A stretch of DNA of 60,525 nt from a virus (lineage: Duplodnaviria > Caudoviricetes): positions 1-60,525 of the IMG/VR virus record IMGVR_UViG_3300045739_000092. One strand, written 5' to 3'. The first letter of the stretch is position 1; every line of letters starts with the position of its first letter. The notes below the pieces were generated by a model. The model was not told the origin of the DNA and searched no databases. It saw only the letters and a program-made list of their open reading frames with translations. The translations under genes were made by a program, and so were the position numbers. Positions 56,701 to 60,525 of the stretch are shown here, piece after piece.

Positions 56701-58442
56701 GGTCGTCATCCAGCTCTGCCTCTGGGGATCTTCTCGTCAAGGTCCTCCTATCAGGTACCGGATCTTCCTCCTCCGAAGGGGCTTCGACCGTCACGGTCTT
56801 CGTCCCGCTGGCGGGGTCTGGATCGTCCTCCTCCGATGGTTCCAGTGAGATCTCCGTCGTCATTCTGCTCGCTGGTATCGGTGCCTCTTCTGCCACGAGC
56901 TCCGCAGAGCTTTCTATCTTCGTACCACTAGATGGGTCCGCTGGTGCATCGTCCGATGCTTCTATCTCGGTTTCAGTCCAACGAGCCCTCTCGGGAACCG
57001 GAACTGCTTCATCCGAAGGTTCAGGAGACCTTTCGCCTCTCGTATCGCTCGGTGGGGTAGGTTCAGCGAGCTCACATAGCACATCGTCTATCACGCGTGT
57101 AAGGGCCGTTTCCGGTATCGGGTCATCGGCTTCTGTCGCGACCGGGATCATCTCCGTTGTCACCCCATTGGATGGCACGGGCTCCAGCGCCTCGAGCGGC
57201 ACAGCCACCCTCACCGTCAAGGTTGAGCTCGCTGGTATCGGTGCCTCATCAGCTTCCGGTTCCGTGACCCTTGTCGCCACGCGTTCCCTCGTTGGATTCG
57301 GTTCAGCTTCCAGCATCGGAGACGGTCTTCTCAAGACCGCGATAGACCTCGACGGTTCAGGAACGGGAGCATCGTCAGGTTCCGGGTCCCTCTCCGCGAC
57401 CTATTTCCTGGCGGGCACCGGTTCTACCTCGTCAACTAGCACTACCTCGATCACCATCGTCGTGCAGCTCGCCGGCCAGGGATCGAACACCAATATCGGC
57501 AAGGGGGACCTCGACGCTGGGACAACGAAGCTCTTGGCAGGCATTGGCTCGAGTTCCTCTGAGGGTTCCGCCGACCTAACCGCTACCTGGGCTCTATCGG
57601 GTTCGGGGGCGACTTCTTCGGAAGGGTCCGGTGATGTAACCCTCTTCACTCCCCTCTCCGGCTTCGGAAGTGCTTCCTCCGAAGCCTCGACCCAGTTGAG
57701 TGTTTCCCACTCGCTGGCCGGAATCGGGACCGCCTCTTCAGGCGGAGATGCTTCTCTCACCATCTTGGTTCTTCTCTCTGGAGCAGGGGACGAAGCCAGC
57801 GGGGGATCCGGCGATCTGGACGCTGGAGCCACCACGAACCTCATCGGCGTAGGAGCTATCGCATCGACAGGAACAAGTGACCTCTCGGTTACTTGGAATC
57901 TGGCTGGTACCGGATCTTCCAGCTCTGAGGGTTCTGGCAATCTCTTGCCGCTAGTCAGTATCGGAGGCGAAGGGTCCGCTTCCAGCTCTGGATCAGGGGC
58001 TATATCTCGCTCCCTAGCCCTTACCGGGTCGGCAGCTTCCGTCACCGCCGGGTCGGCAGGTATCACCATCACAGTCATCCTCGCGGGGACTGGCGTAGGA
58101 TCCTCCATCGGTTCGGGGGACCTTCTCTCCGGTCAAGGCGTTCTCCTCTCCGGTAGCGGAGCCGCAGCCTCCTTCGGATACGGTGCTATCCGCACAGATA
58201 CCGTTCAACTTGGTGGGATGGGGGCCATCTCCGCTGCGGGTGCTGGATCCCTTGAGTCTGTGTGGTATCTCATTCTCGACAAGAGGGATACGACTCCTGC
58301 GCCTAGCTATCGAGACCTCTCTGCGGCTCCTACTGCTCGAGTCACCGTTGGGGCGCCGGTGGCGAGAGACGCTGCCCTCTTCCCGCCCGACCCCGACGCT
58401 GCCACACCATACGACTATGAACCCGAGTACACACACGCCTGA
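53739..58442 (+). CDS. 1567 aa fibre/adhesin: several LamG/ConA-like domains plus ~30 Gly/Ser 20-aa repeats
   Basis: PDHANLDI and FWTRALSDAEI LamG-like motifs; LxGxGxxSSxGxxxLxV repeats from ~56420-58260. Confidence 0.8.
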   Translation: MAALDDAELLLQAKNYSGAGNWLDEANAHDGTITNAIFKKYPDPMFIGKPGNSDGYGEIADHASFDLSGDTTWFLDMVIDEAVGEPGMLVGRRDGSGTPGKVWILYINTGGNFGMDNYDADGVFKYGHTTPYSNLAAVGERVQIKFEYEPDNGSSQEEYSIYKRAYQGQDLLDPTGWTLVKNQTVGTEAHTWTADDAPLWFHRFESTYIDDQGIFRFVWKEGLGESGTTIVDTDFTKVTEAEEAAGSFTEDGPNALTCSFNGDGVYIRRPQKYAYLPGASTDYIDTPTSTNLDPTDDVTFLLDIQLDDYTPAADTGLARRYITTGNHRQWHIRSQPAGNIQLIIGDGSGAYRYSFQPNPGLTDGQRYQIKIELDADNGSTQTQCNMFYRQYGGQDLWTDDTGWTDFSGDLTVAGTQSWKAVTAPLEVGRGDTASYPTGDFYRFILADGIGGGRTKMADVDLNDDSVAEPFSTFTEQSANAATMTINRAGRGNFATTIVDQAMWLFDSNTTYITIPDHANLDIGASDDATVVLVYRLYDLYVGTHDRLLFKKSVSGSSGVGWGMMRTLNDYVQGLLSDGTTQVTDQKQTVVTARERHISAMVVNRTADELTTWLDATEENSPGTPGTTDANTTDDVLVMAQTNAGNRGHGVVMAVAFWTRALSDAEIAGLEDEFFPPVVNYVSLDGAGSAASSGGLQSRLILDGDGDSITTPDSVPLSVTGDIDIRFDGSDGWDDAAIYTPIRKDWYLQLGNTGTLAFAWYDSLDNFNAKESTTAVPFGAGRGAVRVTVDVDNGASDAEVTFYTADTIAGPWTQLGSVVLVGATTDFRDNGVVLRIGAFSATLQEWPGTVFASEMYDGIDGTRVLNYRGEDDGQADSEGNTWSFSGDAYVIGDNALSVTRGISGTGSSSSSGTSSLTIERPLAGSGAASSTGSSSLTIKVLLSGTGSSSSQGDADLTVLALLSGSGSASGQGTGDLTVIAGVIDLAGTGSSSSSASGDLLVKVLLSGTGSSSSEGASTVTVFVPLAGSGSSSSDGSSEISVVILLAGIGASSATSSAELSIFVPLDGSAGASSDASISVSVQRALSGTGTASSEGSGDLSPLVSLGGVGSASSHSTSSITRVRAVSGIGSSASVATGIISVVTPLDGTGSSASSGTATLTVKVELAGIGASSASGSVTLVATRSLVGFGSASSIGDGLLKTAIDLDGSGTGASSGSGSLSATYFLAGTGSTSSTSTTSITIVVQLAGQGSNTNIGKGDLDAGTTKLLAGIGSSSSEGSADLTATWALSGSGATSSEGSGDVTLFTPLSGFGSASSEASTQLSVSHSLAGIGTASSGGDASLTILVLLSGAGDEASGGSGDLDAGATTNLIGVGAIASTGTSDLSVTWNLAGTGSSSSEGSGNLLPLVSIGGEGSASSSGSGAISRSLALTGSAASVTAGSAGITITVILAGTGVGSSIGSGDLLSGQGVLLSGSGAAASFGYGAIRTDTVQLGGMGAISAAGAGSLESVWYLILDKRDTTPAPSYRDLSAAPTARVTVGAPVARDAALFPPDPDAATPYDYEPEYTHA

Positions 58443-58478
58443 CCTCTATGATGCTGAGGATCGAGATGAGAGGGCCAA

Positions 58479-58700
58479 GTGACTCCGTATACATGGGCAT
58501 GGATATTCTGGATCGCCCTCTTCTTCGTGATAGAGGTCCCAGCTATCTTGGATCGCTCAGCCCAAGGCACGCTCTCAGAACACGTGTGGCGCTGGTTCTC
58601 CATCAAAGAGAAATCCTCTGGCTATCGCCGCCGCCGTTTCGTCTTGACTACCTTCCTCGGGTGGCTCGTACTTCACCTTCTCACTGGAGGATGGGTATGA
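58479..58700 (+). CDS. Two-TM protein
   Basis: AW..WI..F...E and GTLSEHVWRWF motifs. Confidence 0.65.
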   Translation: MTPYTWAWIFWIALFFVIEVPAILDRSAQGTLSEHVWRWFSIKEKSSGYRRRRFVLTTFLGWLVLHLLTGGWV

Positions 58701-58736
58701 GGGGGAAACCGTATTTCCGGCTCTGAGGGGGAGATC

Positions 58737-58946
58737 ATGCCACAACAGGATGGATACCAGTTCCCTGACGTTGAATCTATGCTCGATGCGCTAGAAGAGG
58801 CTCTCTCTCAGGCGGAAAGTCGGAGAAACCCCAACGCCCCTATCCCGCTTCATGTAGCCATCCTGCGGCTCATCCCTACCGTTCTCAGGAATACCTCGGT
58901 ACGGTATTCTCTGGATCACTACCTGGCTCTGGAGTCTGATGGCTAA
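58737..58946 (+). CDS. Hypothetical protein
   Basis: GGGGAG RBS. Confidence 0.5.
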   Translation: MPQQDGYQFPDVESMLDALEEALSQAESRRNPNAPIPLHVAILRLIPTVLRNTSVRYSLDHYLALESDG

Positions 58947-59184
58947 TCCAGTGAACCTCCCCGCGATGACGGCATGGTGTAGTGGCTATGACGCCTTCCT
59001 GCTAGACCAGGGAACCTACCCCAACATGATCCAGGCTCACAGTTGGCACCACGCCATACTGGACGGTGTGGTGGAGTTCCGCTGCCTGGTTCACAACTCC
59101 CAGGCCGACGAGGGCCAGGTCGATTGCTACGTCGGCGGGGGTGGATGCGACATTCGACCCGGACGCTGGGTGGAGGTTGTCTGA
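58939..59184 (+). CDS. Cys/His hypothetical protein
   Basis: GGAG RBS; TGATG coupling to next gene. Confidence 0.5.
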   Translation: MANPVNLPAMTAWCSGYDAFLLDQGTYPNMIQAHSWHHAILDGVVEFRCLVHNSQADEGQVDCYVGGGGCDIRPGRWVEVV

Positions 59185-60524
59185 TGGCGAAGGTAGCCGC
59201 GGTCTTCATCGAGGATGCCCGCTACGTCGGCATCTGGCCCTCTTACGTCGAGAGCCTTCGCCTTCTCGTCAAGGCGCTGGGGAACGGTGACCTCTACGTC
59301 ATCGACCAGACCCCCGATGGTTGGTACGACGACGGAGCTTCCGAGGTCACCCGCTATCCCCTAACCGCCTACAATCCTGGTCCTATCCGCGAACTGGTCC
59401 CCCTGGGTCACACCCTCGTCGCCGTCGAGGATTCCGGCACCGACCTCTCCCCTACCATCAAGCACCTGTACGGCACCGGGTTCCGGAATAAGAACATCGG
59501 TTTCCGTTGCGGGCAGGACGGCCGCATGGTCCGCACCGAGGACGGCGGAGTCTCCTTCGTCATGCAGACCTCCGGCACCGGGGTCGATCTCTACGATGTC
59601 AGTCACCCCGCTGCTCTATTCGCTTACTCCTGCGGGCAATCCGGAACCATCGTCGCCACCTCGGACGACGGCGACAACTGGAACCCCCAGACCTCCGGCA
59701 CCGCTCAACACCTGCGAGCCATCCACTTCCCCCACGACGAGGAGGTCGGCTACGTCGTCGGTGAAGCAGGCACCATCCTCAAGACGACGGACCTCGGCGT
59801 TACCTGGAGCGCTCAGACTTCCGGCACCGTCGAGCACCTGCGGGGGGTCTACTTCCTCGACAACGAACAGGACGGTTGGGCCGTCGGGGACGCTGGGACC
59901 ATCCTCGCCACCGAGGACGGCGGCACCACCTGGGTCGCTCAGACCTCGGGTACCGCCAACGACCTCTACGATGTCGAGTTCAAGGACGGGAACACGGGAT
60001 GGGCCGTAGGTGAGCTAGGCACCATCCTCAAAACGACCGACGGGGGAACGACCTGGGTGGCTCAGACCTCCGGGGTGGCCGTGATCCTCCAGTCGGTCTC
60101 GGTCCGCTCCTCCACGAAGGTCTGGGCCTGCGGCATGGCCGACACCATCCTCGCCACCGCCGATGGCGGGACCACCTGGAACACCCAGACCTCCCCGCTC
60201 TCCGGCAAGGACCTGTACGCCATCTCGTTCCACTACGACGACAACCAGGGCATCACCTGCGGAGAGTCCGGCGCTGTTCTCCGCACCGTCGACGCCGGGG
60301 TCACCTGGACCCAGCCCAGTCCCGGCACCAAGGTGGCGCTGTCCGCCTTCTCCCACCCCGACAACGCCATGTACGTCTTCGGTCCCCACAACGGTCTCCA
60401 CAAGGACTTCATCCAGCCCGACTACCACGTCTACATCGATGGCCTTACCGGCAATCCCGATGTCCGTGACGCGGTTACGATGGTTCTACTAGACAGGTTC
60501 GACCAGCATCCTTCGGAGCCGTAA
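59184..60524 (+). CDS. SPOUT/TrmH-like fold interrupted by a 7-blade YCF48-like beta-propeller (allele B)
   Basis: N-part TLVAVE; seven TxDxGxxW blades; C-part FSHPDNAMYVFGP...VYI...AVTMVLLDR. Confidence 0.8.
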   Translation: MAKVAAVFIEDARYVGIWPSYVESLRLLVKALGNGDLYVIDQTPDGWYDDGASEVTRYPLTAYNPGPIRELVPLGHTLVAVEDSGTDLSPTIKHLYGTGFRNKNIGFRCGQDGRMVRTEDGGVSFVMQTSGTGVDLYDVSHPAALFAYSCGQSGTIVATSDDGDNWNPQTSGTAQHLRAIHFPHDEEVGYVVGEAGTILKTTDLGVTWSAQTSGTVEHLRGVYFLDNEQDGWAVGDAGTILATEDGGTTWVAQTSGTANDLYDVEFKDGNTGWAVGELGTILKTTDGGTTWVAQTSGVAVILQSVSVRSSTKVWACGMADTILATADGGTTWNTQTSPLSGKDLYAISFHYDDNQGITCGESGAVLRTVDAGVTWTQPSPGTKVALSAFSHPDNAMYVFGPHNGLHKDFIQPDYHVYIDGLTGNPDVRDAVTMVLLDRFDQHPSEP

Positions 60525-60525
60525 T
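59439..60525. repeat. Imperfect terminal direct repeat, copy B
   Basis: Colinear with 1-1087. Confidence 0.95.

Noticed and set aside
56399-58108. Long antisense ORFs with EPVP/DPVP repeats
   Set aside because: Shadow frames of the Gly/Ser repeat region in high-GC DNA; same applies to antisense ORFs over portal, capsid and TMP.

Overview
Apparently complete ~59.4 kb high-GC siphovirus genome, circularly permuted. Bases 1-1087 recur at 59439-60525 as a divergent, not identical, copy. Gene families (DUF6093-like stopper, actinophage-style tail chaperone and lysin, SPP1-type portal, leaderless-type promoters) point to an Actinomycetota host; this is inference. + strand late region (45.3 kb through the junction to 20.6 kb): tRNA-Met, terS/terL, portal, scaffold, capsid, a ~14 kb block of extra fibre/adhesin-like genes, head-tail genes, a JAB protease, tail and lysis genes. 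- strand (20.6-32.6 kb and 35-44.4 kb): UDG, SLT, ERCC4 nuclease, Sak4-like ATPase, PD-(D/E)xK exonuclease, SSB-like, DinG helicase, beta-clamp-like and many small early genes. No integrase, DNA polymerase or primase was recognised. Most striking: (1) an array at 22965-25188 of ten ~60-90 aa microgenes joined by a conserved ~25 bp junction repeat that encodes a shared C-terminal tag (IIEGSEE), the RBS and the stop/start overlap, with a second shared internal module, resembling a recombinational cassette system; (2) a SPOUT/TrmH-like methyltransferase fold split by a 7-bladed beta-propeller, present as two alleles; (3) a GAAGGGT(G) repeat field at the early/late divergence; (4) an atypical initiator-like tRNA. 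All family assignments are by eye from motifs; no database searches were run.
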